A stretch of 64,000 nt of DNA from Octopus sinensis (GCF_006345805.1 NC_043003.1:95604001-95668000), one strand, 5' to 3'; counted from the first letter of the stretch, positions 1 to 12,869 are shown. Made by a program: numbers and translations. The notes: generated by a model from the sequence alone, not told the origin.

Positions 1-44
1 GCATAATATATAATTTAATCATTACATATACAATGAATTTATAT

Positions 45-77
<33 letters not shown>

Positions 78-78
<1 letters not shown>

Positions 79-352
79 GAGGTGCAATGGCCCAGTGGTT
101 AGGGCAGCGGACTCGCGGTCGGAGGATCGCGGTTTCGATTCCCAGACCAGATGTTGTGTGTGCTTATTGAGCGAAAACAACTAAAAGCTCCACGAGGCTC
201 CGGCAGGGGGTAGTGATCCCTGCTGTACTCTTTCACCACTCTTTCTTCTGTTGGCCTGCTCACTTAGCCAGCGGGGTGGCATCGTTCGAAGGCTAAAACA
301 ATGCAAACGCATTGTGACCAGCGATGTGTAACAACATCTGATGGTCTGGTCA
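78..352 (+). mobile_element. tRNA-derived SINE (family distinct from the dominant one)
   Basis: Pol III A box TGGCCCAGTGG and B box GGTTTCGATTCC in a tRNA-like head; flanked by (TG)n and (TA)n. Confidence 0.8.
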
Positions 353-353
353 G

Positions 354-395
<42 letters not shown>

Positions 396-1861
396 CATCC
401 ATACTGCAATAGTCAATGAAATAGAAATAAGATTTTAGAATTTATTCTTTCTGTTAAGCCCAGGATCAAATGTTCCACTGCCCAGTGTTGGGAACATCTG
501 GCTTAATGAATAAGGGTATCACTACCCTTAGCTTAGAATTAAAGCTCCTTATTTGAATCCTGCTGGGTACAACAATTCTTTTTGAATTTACAAAATCAAT
601 CTAACAATCTATCAATCAAATATACTCTTTCAAATACTTGAACCTCACTATTAAATGTATTAAGACTACTACCCAACAACAAAAGAAAGCTATGTTTATC
701 AAAATCAAAACCATAAAACCTAGAACACATAACAAAACGAAACCAACAATGTTACATTGATGAAAACAACAGTGGAGATGTAGTTGATACACCACTTAGT
801 TACTAAGATAACAGGGTTCTCACTCTGTATAAAGTAATTGTGTTATACTGGAATATGTGATCAAAGAGTCAGTAGTCATAACATCTGGAGTGTACTGGAG
901 TACATGATCAAACAGTAGAATATACACAGTGTGTTAAGGTTGAGTGTCACTGCTAAATATTTAACCATCTACACCTGTGTAATTTGTCTGTTTGCTCAGA
1001 ATTGCTTTCTTACTGGCACAATGCCTTTCATACAGAAATGATGCATTTCCCAATTATATCATCAGTGTAAGTGAAGTGATTTTGACCACAAGAAGCAACC
1101 AAGACACAAATTCAGTTTGCAAAGGAGTCTAATTTAGTCTACAGCATCACGTTCTTCTCTTTATCAGAATTGATCAAAGCCACTCAAAGCTACTCAATAA
1201 GGTTGTAACAGGAATAGTACCAGCTGACTCATTAGTATCAGTAATATCAGAGTAGGGTAGGATTACATAGTAACAGTATCAACAGAAAGGTAACCATAGT
1301 AACATCAGGTTAAGTCACACAATAAATATAAACTTAACCGTTAATATAAACAATAAACATAAACTTAACCGTTAACATCAAACAAGAAAAGAGAGTAGGT
1401 CAAATGCAAAACTATCAGTATCAATGGCCCAAATAACAAAAGTAAATAGCTTCCTTATAACAAATTATTTATCCTGCTCTAATCCTGAGAAACACTAAGT
1501 CACATGATCTTAACATTTACATACTTGTTGATAAGACGTTTGTTTTCTTTTAACAAGATATGCTACAATTTGTCTTGTGCATAAAAAACACAATTATTTT
1601 CAGATATTTTTATCGAAAAAAAAAACTAAACAATTCAAGTCATGCTCAACTTAAATACCGTTATTAAACACAAAATCAAATCATATGTTCAATGTTTTTC
1701 CGTCTGACTGTATTATAAATCAACTTTTTGCTGAGTGGGTTTAGTCTAGTTATTTCATAATATTGAAAGTGCAGTTTTAGAATAATAACCAGAATTTAAT
1801 GCATGGCATACAAAAACGAACAATTTTACAACAATAAACACACAAACATTTGAATACTTAC

Positions 1862-1932
1862 TCTTGTTCTTCTTCGACGAACCATAACTCCACAACCAGT
1901 TGTAGTCCCAAGTATTCAAGTGTTTCATTAAC
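1862..1932 (-). CDS. FAM135A: FAM135-family protein, coding exon 4 (VNETLEYLGLQLVVELWFVEEEQ)
   Basis: Acceptor attttcag, donor GA|gtaagt. 71 nt, phase 0 to 2. Continues FAM135 similarity (IEETL...L.L.L.F). Confidence 0.88.
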
Positions 1933-2520
1933 CTGAAAATTTCCGAAGAGGATATTTCATGTAATTACATTTGATAAACAGAATATTTGAGTATAAGTTC
2001 ATTGATAATGAATTTATACCAAGTATTCCACTGTGTCATCAAGGCCATACTTTATTCTACATTAGGTAATCTGCAATAGGAAAGGTATCCTAACTCTGCA
2101 ACGATTTGTGTAACATTGGCTTAATTCAACAGAAATCAAATTTAGGAATCAATGTTATAGGCACTTCTGATCCCTAAAAGGATCAAAAATGCATTCATAA
2201 CCATTTTCCCATGCTAGGATAGATTGAGCAGGTTTCTGAATATCTACTCACCACTTACCAAGGTCCTTCATCACCAAACACCCACAGCAACAGAGAAAAA
2301 CCCACCCATTTCTGTTGTTTTGATTTTGTTCATTTGGCATGGCTTCCATCACTGGATGTCCTCCCATCACAAAACACTTTTCAACATGACCTAGGAGTAG
2401 TTTATTGTGCTGCTGACAGTAGAGAGATTATTTCTATCAAGACTAAAGAGTAACACAAACTACTTTACAGCGATATTTGCAGACGGTCTTCTTTTAACAT
2501 GTATTCTATCTTACATTTAT

Positions 2521-2925
2521 CATCATCATCATTTAGTGTCCACTTTCCATGCTAGCATGGGTTGGACGGTTCAACTGGTGTCTGGGAAGCCAGAAGGCTG
2601 CACCAGGCCCAGTCTGATTTGGCAATGTTTCTACGGCTGGATGCCCTTCCTAACACCAACCACTCCGAGAGTGTAGTGGGTGCTTTTTACATGCCACCGG
2701 CACAGGTGCCAGATGAGGCTGGCAAACGGCCACGATCAGATGGTGCTTTTTACATGCCACTGGCACAGAGGCCAGGTGAGGCTGGCAAATGGCCACAATC
2801 GGATGGTGCTTTTTACGTGCCACCGGCACGGAGGCCAGTCAGGGCGGCGCTGGCAACGGCCACGTTTGGATGGTTCTCTTACGTGCCACCGGCACTGGTA
2901 TCACAGCTACAATTTCCATTGATGT
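2521..2925 (-). mobile_element. RTE-type LINE 3' end with ~62-bp tandem units and (ATG)n tail
   Basis: Same terminal block (AGGAAGGGCATCCAGC..GTAGAAA...AAATGATGATG on the element strand) that follows the RTE ORF at 30030-31130; about 4 units. Confidence 0.8.
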
Positions 2926-3221
2926 TGATCGATATCGATTTCAATCTTGATTTATATTTGTATATTTTATCTTATAACTCAATGCATAAATCATTGCCCT
3001 AACATTTCAGAATTTTGTTAAGTACATATTACCTGACAACATTCCAGTTAAGAGGTTCAAATAACCAACATCCTTATACCACCTACCAGTAATAATTTCA
3101 TTTCTGTGGTAGAACTTCAAGACTATAAAACATTTCCAATCCACAACTACTAACACAACTTGGTAGAAGCTATAGAAGGGTTTACTATGCTTCTGCATTT
3201 CCAGATATATTATAAGCAATG

Positions 3222-3470
3222 TTGGCTACATCTGAAGAACGAGCACTAGAAGACTACCATACCAACACTTGTGGGGGTAACACCACATGCACTGGAGAAT
3301 CCAGCACAGTGCACCAAAGAAGATATGGGCAAAACAAACTGAGGAAGACCTGAAGTCACAGTGCCTTGACTTCAAACATGCTAAGGCCAACACCATAGAT
3401 TAGAAAGCATGCAATAAAATCATCTCCAGAGTGCGTCGTCTGGTGACACTCACGGCAGCATATTAGTTCA
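3222..3470 (+). mobile_element. old RTE-like LINE ORF C-terminal fragment
   Basis: Degenerate translation GYI*R...RLP......PKKIW....EEDLK resembles the RTE C-terminus. Confidence 0.45.
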
Positions 3471-4646
3471 GCGAACAGCCTCTCACTTGGGTTGCCAGGT
3501 TAAGATTTTACTTAATTACTTGAAGAAAGAAAGAAGAGAATTTCAAAAATCCCTCACATGTTCTGTGAGTCAGAGAAGTCAGCTGTCTTCTTTGATATCC
3601 TTGCTTCTACATAAGCTGTTCACAAATAGGCTGAAATAGGGTCACAATCATAGCTGTATGATTAAGTTCACTTTGCAATCAAATGATCCAAAACTCAATC
3701 CTACTGTGTGACTCTTAGTCTAGGTGTCCTGTGCCACTGCCTTGAATTAACCCAAAACTTGTGACTGCAACTGGACAGATAAAAACAATGTAGAAGCCCA
3801 TCCAATGGGCTGTATTTATTCTTGGGTAGCAGACTTTATCCAGTACCTGGGTTAACCCTTTGCATGTTCTGTGTATTACATGTGACACACAGTACATATT
3901 TCCTGGAATCCATGCATCATACTTGTAACACATTCCCAATTTGCTTTCAACCACCAGAGTATCCTAGGACTCATGAAATGTAAGTTTATATTACTCAGAA
4001 TGTATAAAACAAGAACTAACTCAAAGTTTGTAAACAAGTATGGACATTAAGGACAAACTTTTGAAAACACTTTAAACAGGTAAAGGGTTAAAACAACCAC
4101 TGGGCTACTGGTTACCTTAAACAGAGTCCCCTCAGTTGCAAGTATTTTGATTAAATCAGCAGTCTAAGGATAGTTCCATATATGGTTATGCTGCTTCTTA
4201 CAACAGCCCCCTTTGTAGTAGTTTCTTCCCCCACTTCCTCACTAATCTTCGAGGTCCTTTCTTCATATCATAACCAACAAACAAAAACAAACAAAAAGAA
4301 TAGCAAGAAAACAGACATATCAGTAATGTTTAACTTGTCTGAGGTAGAGTTTGCACAGGAAATGATGAACTTAGTGCTTTTATGGCCCTTTCTATCACAA
4401 GCCAGTCTCATTTAAAGAAAAAGTGGCATATATTTTCAGCCAATCATCATGTCCCTCACACAGGAACCCACTCTAATCTTTGCAATCAACAAACTAAAAC
4501 TCTTAACTCACATACAAATTCTTTGTATTTACAATCATAAAATAAATATTTGCCATTGAACTGAATAGAAATTGACAATGCAATCATTTTCTTGAATTTA
4601 ATTTAAGCCTTTCTATAAATTAATATCTGTAGTGATCACAAAAAGT

Positions 4647-4719
<73 letters not shown>

Positions 4720-5143
4720 CTCTCTCTTTCTCTCTTCCTTGTGTGTTTAAGCTTTTAAAATTCATTCCTTACTGAATGCAACCCAAGGCTTACTAAAGCT
4801 CAAATTAAATTAAGAGGCACGCGTAAAAGGATTTAACATCTCATGGGGCAATATCATAAACTAATGCTTTCCTGATAAATTAAATAACAATGGAAACAAA
4901 CCTGTCCTTATTTTAATATCTAGCTTTAGTGAGTAAATAATTTTGACATTGATTCACACACACACACACACAAATAAGATACCCACTACCATATAAGGAC
5001 AGACCTATTACACATGTACAAAGTAATACATATTATCCTTGAAAAATAGTGTAAACATAACTAAAAGGACTATTGGAATTTAACTGAAAATAATGGTGTA
5101 CAGCACAAAAAAGCAAAATTAAGAATCCATAAATAACAAACAA

Positions 5144-5206
<63 letters not shown>

Positions 5207-5581
5207 CAATCTATTCTATCTATCTAATCTAACTATCTATTTAGTTGTCTGTCTGTCTATATATCTATCTAACTAATATAGCAATTAACTAACCAATTTT
5301 CTGGCATCTAACAGCACAGGAACTTCATTGTCATCATCATCATCAGGCAGAATCTACTGGGACAGATTTTCTACAGCTGAATGCCCTTCCTGTCACTAAC
5401 CCTCACCTGTTTACAGGCAAGGTAACATTCCCCCATGGACAGACATGTTTTCAAAGAAGATTGGAAAAAGAACAACAACTTGTACGAAGGTCATACACAT
5501 TACAATCATCACATGATGTCAAAACAAAGAAAAACAAACACACACATAATATATAAATATATACATATATATGTATGTATG

Positions 5582-5622
<41 letters not shown>

Positions 5623-5623
<1 letters not shown>

Positions 5624-6047
5624 GCTTCACCAACTCATCCCAGGTCTTCCTGGGTCTACCTCTTCCACAGGTTCCCTCAACTGCTAGGGTGTGGCACTCT
5701 TTCACACAGCTATCAACATCCATTCTCGCCACATGACCATACCAGCACAGTTGTCACTCTTGCACACCACAGCTGATGCTTCTTAGGTCCAACCTTTCTC
5801 TCAGGGCACTATATATATATAGACCCAGGAAGACCTGGGATGAGTTGGTGAAGCATGACCTTCAAACATTGGGCCTCACCAAGGCAATGATTAGTGACCA
5901 GGACCTCTGAAAATATGCTGTGCTGCAGAAGACTCAGCAAGCTACTGTAGAAGACACTTGCTCAAGGCACCACACAGTGGGACCGAACCCGGAACCATGT
6001 GGTTAGTAAGCAAGCTACTTGCCACATAGCCATGCCTATGCCTATAT

Positions 6048-6079
<32 letters not shown>

Positions 6080-6498
6080 ATGCTTCACCAACTCATCCCA
6101 GGTCTTCCTGGGTCTACCTCTTCCACAGGTTCCCTCAACTGCTAGGGTGTGGCACTCTTTCACACAGCTATCAACATCCATTCTCGCCACATGACCATAC
6201 CAGCACAGTTGTCACTCTTGCACACCACAGCTGATGCTTCTTAGGTCCAACCTTTCTCTCAGGGCACTATATATATATAGACCCAGGAAGACCTGGGATG
6301 AGTTGGTGAAGCATGACCTTCAAACATTGGGCCTCACCAAGGCAATGATTAGTGACCAGGACCTCTGAAAATATGCTGTGCTGCAGAAGACTCAGCAAGC
6401 TACTGTAGAAGACACTTGCTCAAGGCACCACACAGTGGGACCGAACCCGGAACCATGTGGTTAGTAAGCAAGCTACTTGCCACATAGCCATGCCTATG

Positions 6499-6500
<2 letters not shown>
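5623..6500. repeat. two apparently identical ~420-bp tandem copies (period 458) of an inverted RTE fragment plus SINE head
   Basis: 5623-6042 matches 6081-6500, with only (TA)n between them. Confidence 0.9.
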
Positions 6501-6535
<35 letters not shown>

Positions 6536-6536
<1 letters not shown>

Positions 6537-6925
6537 GGCACAGGCATGGCTGTGTGGTAAGAAGCTTACTTCCCGATCACATGGTTCTAGATTCAATCCC
6601 ACTGCAGGGCACCTTGAGCAAGTGTCTTATGCTATAGCCTCGAGCCAACAAAAGCTTTGTGAGTTGATTTGGTTGATGGGAACTGAAAGAAGTCCATTAT
6701 GTATGTGTATGTGTTTCTGTCTGTGTTTGTCCCCACCACCACCACTTGACAACTGGTGTTGGTTTGTTTATATCCATGTAACTTAGAGTTTAACAAAAAG
6801 GACCGATAGAATAAGTACCAGGCTTAAAAGAAAAATAAGGGCTGAAGTCAATTCATTCAACTAAAAGTTCTTCAAGGCAGTACCCCAGTATGGCCACAGT
6901 CTAGTGATTGAAACAGATAAATGTA
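6536..6925 (+). mobile_element. dominant tRNA/CORE-type SINE
   Basis: Head TGGCTGTGTGG...; CORE-like CCTTGAGCAAGTGTCTT; internal (TG)n; tail CCCCAGTATGGCCACAGTC..TGAAACA. Confidence 0.8.
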
Positions 6926-7264
6926 ACAAGCTACTTTCAGTTTCCATCTCCCAAATCTACTCACAAGGTTTTGATCAGCCTAGTATCAGCTGTGCCAAAT
7001 GGCAACTGCCCAAGGGGTCACACAACGAAATTAAACCTGAAAGCACATATTTTGGAACTTCTTAAGCACACAGTCATGCCTACACCCAGGGACTACATTT
7101 CAAATCATCTACTTCCAGCATGTGAGTCAAATTTTTCCAACCAAACTGCCAGCCAAAGAAAGGTCCGTCAATTTATACAGCAAGACAACTTTGGAGGACC
7201 AAAATAGTCCATAGTTTCAATGCTTACATTACATGTTTACACCACATAATACATTGACTTGTAT

Positions 7265-7662
7265 TCTTTTATTTGCTTCAGTCATTTGACTGTGGTTATA
7301 CTGGAGCACCGCCTTAAAGGGTTTTAGTCAAAGAACTCAACCCCAAAACTTATTCTTTGTAAGTCTAGTAATTATTCTATTGGGCTCTTATGACAAACCA
7401 CTAAGTTACATGGACATAAACACACCAGCATCAGTTATCAAGTGATGGCAGAGGGACAAACACAGACACACACACATACACACACATAAATACATACATA
7501 TACATTTATATGATGGGCTTCTTTCAGTTTCTCTCTACCAAATCCACTCTCAAGGTTTTGATCAGCCTGAGGCTATAGTAGAAGACATTGGACAAGGTGC
7601 TATGCTGTGGGACTGAACCCAGAATCATATGGTTGGGAAGTAAGCATCTTACCATAAAGCCA
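7265..7662 (-). mobile_element. dominant tRNA/CORE-type SINE
   Basis: Reverse complement of the same consensus. Confidence 0.8.
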
Positions 7663-8129
7663 CTGGAAAATACAGTAATATCTACTAATGCTTTCTAAGT
7701 CAGGATATGTGCTGAGATTTGACATTTTTATTCAAAGAAGAATACAAATTACTCATAAAGTATGAAACTTTTTCACAACAGTTTTTGAAACTAACAAAGA
7801 AATCTAACAGATAATAAATGATAAGACTATATCTGAATACTCAGAGATGTCTAGATTCAGTAATGATGCCATTACTACATCATATTAATAATAAAACAAC
7901 AATATCTATCAAAGCTATTAAGACAAAAAAAATCATCTTAATTACAAAACATGATTCTGGCATTAATACTTTCCTTAGATTATTAAGGAGAATTTCCTGA
8001 AAGCAAATTTTCTTTGAGGATATTAAAGATAATTATTGCAACCTCCATCAAGCAAGTGCTTCTACAGAGTCATCAGGAATAACAATGCAATATGGTTGAT
8101 TTAAATCATTTGCTTTAGTTTCTGCATAC

Positions 8130-8177
<48 letters not shown>

Positions 8178-8543
8178 GAAGTCTGACTGTTATTCAGATT
8201 CTAAAAACAGACATATCTCAAACAATTGTACGTATTATGATAGATCTATTATGTGATTAATTCTAACCTTTTACAAAGGCAGATGTCATTAAATCAGGTT
8301 TGAACATATTTACTAGAGATGTTTAAAGCTTTCTCTAGGTTTCTGGATACTAACAACAGCATCATGCAAATCATATGGTTTACAAAAGTAACAGAGATAA
8401 TAACACCCAGCATTTGCAAGGGACTAGGCAAGTTACACTGGTGAATACTATAGACCTATTGAAATTCTGAGAATAAGTATGTATATGTATATATATATAT
8501 ATATATGGGGGGAGAGAGAGTTTTTGAAGTGATGTACAGATAA

Positions 8544-8724
8544 TGTATATTTAGAAGAAGGTAGTCAGAATGTTGGATGATTATATAAATTTTTTAATTT
8601 TTTACATTTTATTTACATTTTTAGCGCTTTCTTCCATTATCGGAAGACGATAAAAATGTAAATAGATAAAAATAATATATATAATCATCCAACATTCTGA
8701 CTACCTTATTATTCTAAATACACA
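8544..8724. repeat. ~180-bp hairpin / inverted repeat
   Basis: 8558-8587 is the exact reverse complement of 8678-8707; imperfect pairing extends outward and toward the loop. Confidence 0.85.
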
Positions 8725-8737
8725 TGTATGTATGTAT

Positions 8738-8821
8738 GGATGGATGGATGGATGGATGGATGGATGGATGGATGGATGGATGGATGGATGGATGGATGGA
8801 TGGATGGATGGATGGATGGAT
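8738..8821. repeat. (GGAT)n microsatellite
   Basis: About 21 perfect units. The many (TA)n, (TG)n and (TC)n tracts elsewhere are not listed individually. Confidence 0.95.
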
Positions 8822-9070
8822 ATCATTTTAATTAATATACACAGTATTTAGAATTTTGCTACTTTTAGTTTAATCTGTCACTGAATGCAGTGTTTTTGGT
8901 GATCTTAATAACAGATTAGTAAACTCTGTATGTGTGTGTGTGTGTGTGTAGCCTAAAAGACTGCTTTACGATACATGGCATATTTTACAAATATGCTTGT
9001 TCAAATATCAAAACAGCATGAAACTATAAATAGCTCTTTCAGCTGTGTATTTAATTTGGGATAGACTGTG

Positions 9071-9101
<31 letters not shown>

Positions 9102-9147
9102 TCTGGTGCTTTACATTCCAATTAGTTCCATGCCATTTCCATCATCA

Positions 9148-9490
9148 TCAATATATTCGTGGCCGTTGCCTGCACCACCCTGACTGGCCTCCATGCTGGT
9201 GGCACGTAAAAAGCACCATCCGACCGTGGCTGTTGCCAGCCACGCCTGTCCTCCTTGCCTGTGGCACGTAAAAAGCACCATCCGATCGTGGTCGTTTGCC
9301 AGCCTTGTCTGGCACGTAAAAAGTACCCACTACACTCATGGAGTGGTTGGCGTTAGGAAGGGCATCCAGCCATAGAAACATTGCCAGATCAGACTGGGCC
9401 TGGTGCAGCCTTCTGGCTTCCCAGACCCCAGCTGAACTGTCCAACCCATGCTAGCATGGAAAGCAGACGCTAAACGATGATGATGATGAT
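9148..9490 (+). mobile_element. RTE-type 3' end with tandem units
   Basis: GGCACGTAAAAAGCACC units, terminal block and (GAT)n tail. Confidence 0.8.
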
Positions 9491-9495
9491 ATATA

Positions 9496-9910
9496 GTTAT
9501 ATTTCAGGATGGTCTTTTTTGTTTTTTGCCAAATAAAAACATGCTATATACTCATTTTTCACTTCAGCTTTGTCATTGTTCTTATTTTAGTGTCTTTTGT
9601 CTTAAATCTTTTGTCAAAATCAGCCTGTGACCTCTTCAATAACTCTCCAGCTGAAATCCATGGACTAAACAGAACAGGAGGGGGGACATATGGGATGGAG
9701 AGTTGCTGAAGAGGTCACAAGATATTCGATAAAAGATTTCAGACAAAGGACACTAAAATAAGAACAATAATAACGCTGAAGTGAAGAAAAACTATATAGA
9801 GCATGGGTTTATTTGGCAAAAACAAAAAAAAAATTACCATCCTGAAATACAACAATATTTGTTTCAACACAATTTCACATCAGGAATCTTGCAAATCAAA
9901 TACATAAATG
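9496..9910. mobile_element. inverted pair of Penelope-like pLTR fragments
   Basis: 9496-9649 is the diverged reverse complement of 9696-9853. A third copy lies at 50872-51100. Degenerate hammerhead-like core CTGAAGA-GGTCAC in the arms. Confidence 0.6.
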
Positions 9911-10065
9911 TAAACATATATATACATATATATATAATATATGTATGTGTGTCACATATCCAGTTGTAAAAATCCTGCCAAAACAGTCACAGAATTCTGG
10001 CTCCTAGTAAACCGTCTCACCCATGCCAGCATGGAAGGCAGACGTTAAATGATGATGATGATATC

Positions 10066-10097
<32 letters not shown>

Positions 10098-10227
10098 CAT
10101 ACATACATATTTACATATATATATATATAGTTAATCCAAACAAGAAAGCACAAAAAAACACAACAACGCGAGGACGTGGAACAAATATAGTATTATTGGA
10201 TGCTCAGGAAAGAAGGAAAGAAGGAGG

Positions 10228-10262
10228 GTTTAACGTTTCGAGTGGAGCTCTTCGTCGGAAAC
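10228..10262 (-). ncRNA. minimal type I hammerhead ribozyme-like motif in a Penelope-like fragment (~10130-10430)
   Basis: GTTT CCGACGA A GAG ctcca CTC GAAA CG T T AAAC. Stem I GTTT/AAAC, stem II GAG/CTC, palindromic stem III ACGT. U4 is replaced by C. Confidence 0.6.
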
Positions 10263-10484
10263 ATAAGAGAAGGAAAGACCCAGAGAAGGGAAGACAGAGG
10301 AAAAAAAAATCACCAACGGTACACATGAGGTCACATTTTGAAAGACCGGAAGGAAATGGGTGAAGAAAGGTGTTTTCAAAGACAGGAGAGTGGTTCTGTC
10401 AAAGACAGGAGAATGGTAGAGGAAGAGGAATGTGTGTGTATATATATATATATACATGTATGCACATACATATGTATGTAAATC

Positions 10485-11040
10485 AAAATCAAATTAGATG
10501 ACTGGCATCCGTGCTAGCGGAGTGCAGAGAGTACCATATGAGTGTAATCGTTGACAGAGCAGCTAACCAGCTTCTGTGCCAGTGGCACATAAAAGGCACC
10601 ATTTGAGTGTGATCGTTAGCAACGTCGCCTTACTGGCACTTGTGCGCATGCTAGTAGGGCACCAAGAGCACCATCCAAGCATGATCGTTGCCAGAGCAGC
10701 TAACTGGCTTCTGTGCAGGAGGCATGTAAAAGTGCACCATTCGAGCGTGATCGTTACCAGCATCGCCTTACTGCCACCTGTGCCGGTAGCATGTGTAAAA
10801 AGATCTGAGCGAAGTCATTGCCAGTACCACCTGACTGGCTTCCATGCCGGTGGCACATAAAAAGCACCCACTACACTCTCTGAGTGGTTGGCATTAGGAA
10901 GGGCATCCAGCTGTAGAAACTCTGCCAGACCAAGATTGGAGCCTGGTGCAGCCATCTGGTTCGCCAGCCCTCAGTCAAAATCATCCAATCCATGCTAGCA
11001 TGGAAAGTGGACGTTAAACGATGATGATGATGATGATGAC
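10485..11040 (+). mobile_element. RTE-type 3' end with ~5-6 tandem units
   Basis: Repeated GTGCC.GTGGCAC.TAAAA.GCACC units, terminal block and (GAT)n tail. Confidence 0.8.
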
Positions 11041-11058
11041 ATGTATGTACACTGTGTA

Positions 11059-11090
<32 letters not shown>

Positions 11091-11269
11091 CATACATATA
11101 GCAATGCTGGTGTTCATAGCACCCTTAGTCTCTTTTTAGTGATGGTGAATTATGATATACACACACACATGCACATACATGCATACAAGCAAACCTTATC
11201 AGGTCAGAATAATCATATAAAATAATCTTGAAAATAACTCTGTTCGATTTCATACCCTAGTATATTATC

Positions 11270-11836
11270 TCTTTAACTTGGTTTGGTCACTGGGCAGTGA
11301 CCACGCAGGAGTACTGCCCCAAAGGGTTTAATCAAATAAATTTACCCTAGTAGTTATTTTTTCAAGCCAGGTACTTATTCTATCAGTCTCTTTTGCCGAA
11401 CCATTAAGTTACAGGAACAAAAACAAACCAGCAACAGTTGTCAAGCAATGGTGGGCAACAAACAGAACACAAAACAAAGGCACACACACACATGTGCATA
11501 TATGTGTGTGTGTGTGTGTGTGTGCCTTAGTTTTGTGTTCTGTTTGTTGCCCACCACTGCTGGGTTCGGCTGCTCTGCATTGATAAGGGACAAATACCCT
11601 GAAACTAGTATGCAAATGCCTGACTAGCAAGGGAAAGCGGCTGACCTCCCCTGTTCAAAGGTTATAATGGACACAGGTCCGTGTGTCACATAGCTAGCTA
11701 GAGGCGATGGCCTCTTAGAGCTAATCAACACCAGCATTCATCCTATATTTCTGGACTGCCATATTAGCTTGGCAATAACTATTAATATCCAGTACAGCTG
11801 ACCATAGTCTCCTTTAGAGTCACTTAGAAATTTTAA

Positions 11837-11876
<40 letters not shown>

Positions 11877-12050
11877 TGATAGGCTTCAGGCTTCTTTCAG
11901 TTTCCATCTGACAAATACACTAACAAGGCTTTGGTCAATCAGTGCTACAGTAGAAGATACTTGCCCAAGGTGCTGTACAGTGGGACTGAACCCAAGACCA
12001 CATGGTTGAGAAGCAAGTTTTTCACACACAGGACCATGTCTGCACCTAAA
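11270..12050 (-). mobile_element. dominant SINE interrupted by a foldback and a Penelope-like fragment
   Basis: SINE 3' part at 11270-11500 and 5' part at 11870-12050, with an insert between. Confidence 0.65.
11576..11614 (+). ncRNA. degenerate minimal hammerhead motif
   Basis: TGCA TTGATAA GGG acaaata CCC T GAAA CTAG TA TGCA. Stems I and II and palindromic stem III (ACTAGT) are present; two core substitutions relative to CTGATGA. Confidence 0.5.
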
Positions 12051-12869
12051 CATTTTTTTTTTAATCCTTGTAGTCAAATTACATATTAACATTGTCAAAT
12101 ATCAAATACAGTTTGTTAATAAGAGTTTAAGTCTTCATCACAGACAAAAATAAATTTTAAACTTCATCACAAAATTCTTTCTCTTTTCCTTAATTTTTTT
12201 TTATTGCTATTTCACATTATTTATCATCAACCACGTTTGTTTAAACTTCACAGTTGTTGACTTGCACTGAATGCTTAAATGCCCCTCATGTTATGCTAAG
12301 CAGGTAAGAAAGAAGAACTGTTTCGACAAGCAAACATATCCATGTTATAATACAAGAAGCTACAAGGAGAAATAATTTGCTTATTAATTAGAGACCAAAC
12401 TCTTGTGTATTGGGAATTACATTGTGAGACAGAGCAATAAATCAAACAAAAGTCCTTAATAGCTTTAGAGCGATTGTTATTCATTTTTGCTTGATTACAA
12501 ATGTAGTAAGTAATCACGTGCTGGTGTTAAAGTTATCAATACATGCAATGTACACATAACACAATAGATTATCAATACAATAAAAGCTTGTTTCGAAGTA
12601 TGACTACAGCACAGAAACTCTGCCACAGCTAAGGATCAACTCTAAATATTTGAATGGACGTACATGCCAGACTATTTGTTCCGTGTGGTGTCCTTTGATA
12701 AGAAGTTAATAAAACCTTAAACTAATATAAACAGGCCATTCATCTGCTTGCTCTGAACAAATACTCTCAACACAGCATTATTACTATTTTCTTATAAGTT
12801 AATTACATCTCCAATATTTATTTGTTTTGAACAGACCAATTTTGATAGGGCAGAACAAAGGCAAGATTA

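Noticed and set aside
78-155. tRNA gene (also 62853-62926)
   Set aside because: The acceptor stem does not close well and the sequence runs into a SINE body; these are SINE heads.
1012-1068. Minus-strand CTGATGA followed by two GAAA boxes (one GAAATGCATC)
   Set aside because: Neither register gives stem I, stem II and a UH triplet together; likely chance.
2676-2900. CRISPR-like look of conserved ~25-bp repeats with intervening sequence (also 10500-10870, 41800-42040)
   Set aside because: The intervening segments are homologous to each other, there are no cas genes, the context is eukaryotic, and the arrays sit in RTE 3' UTRs.
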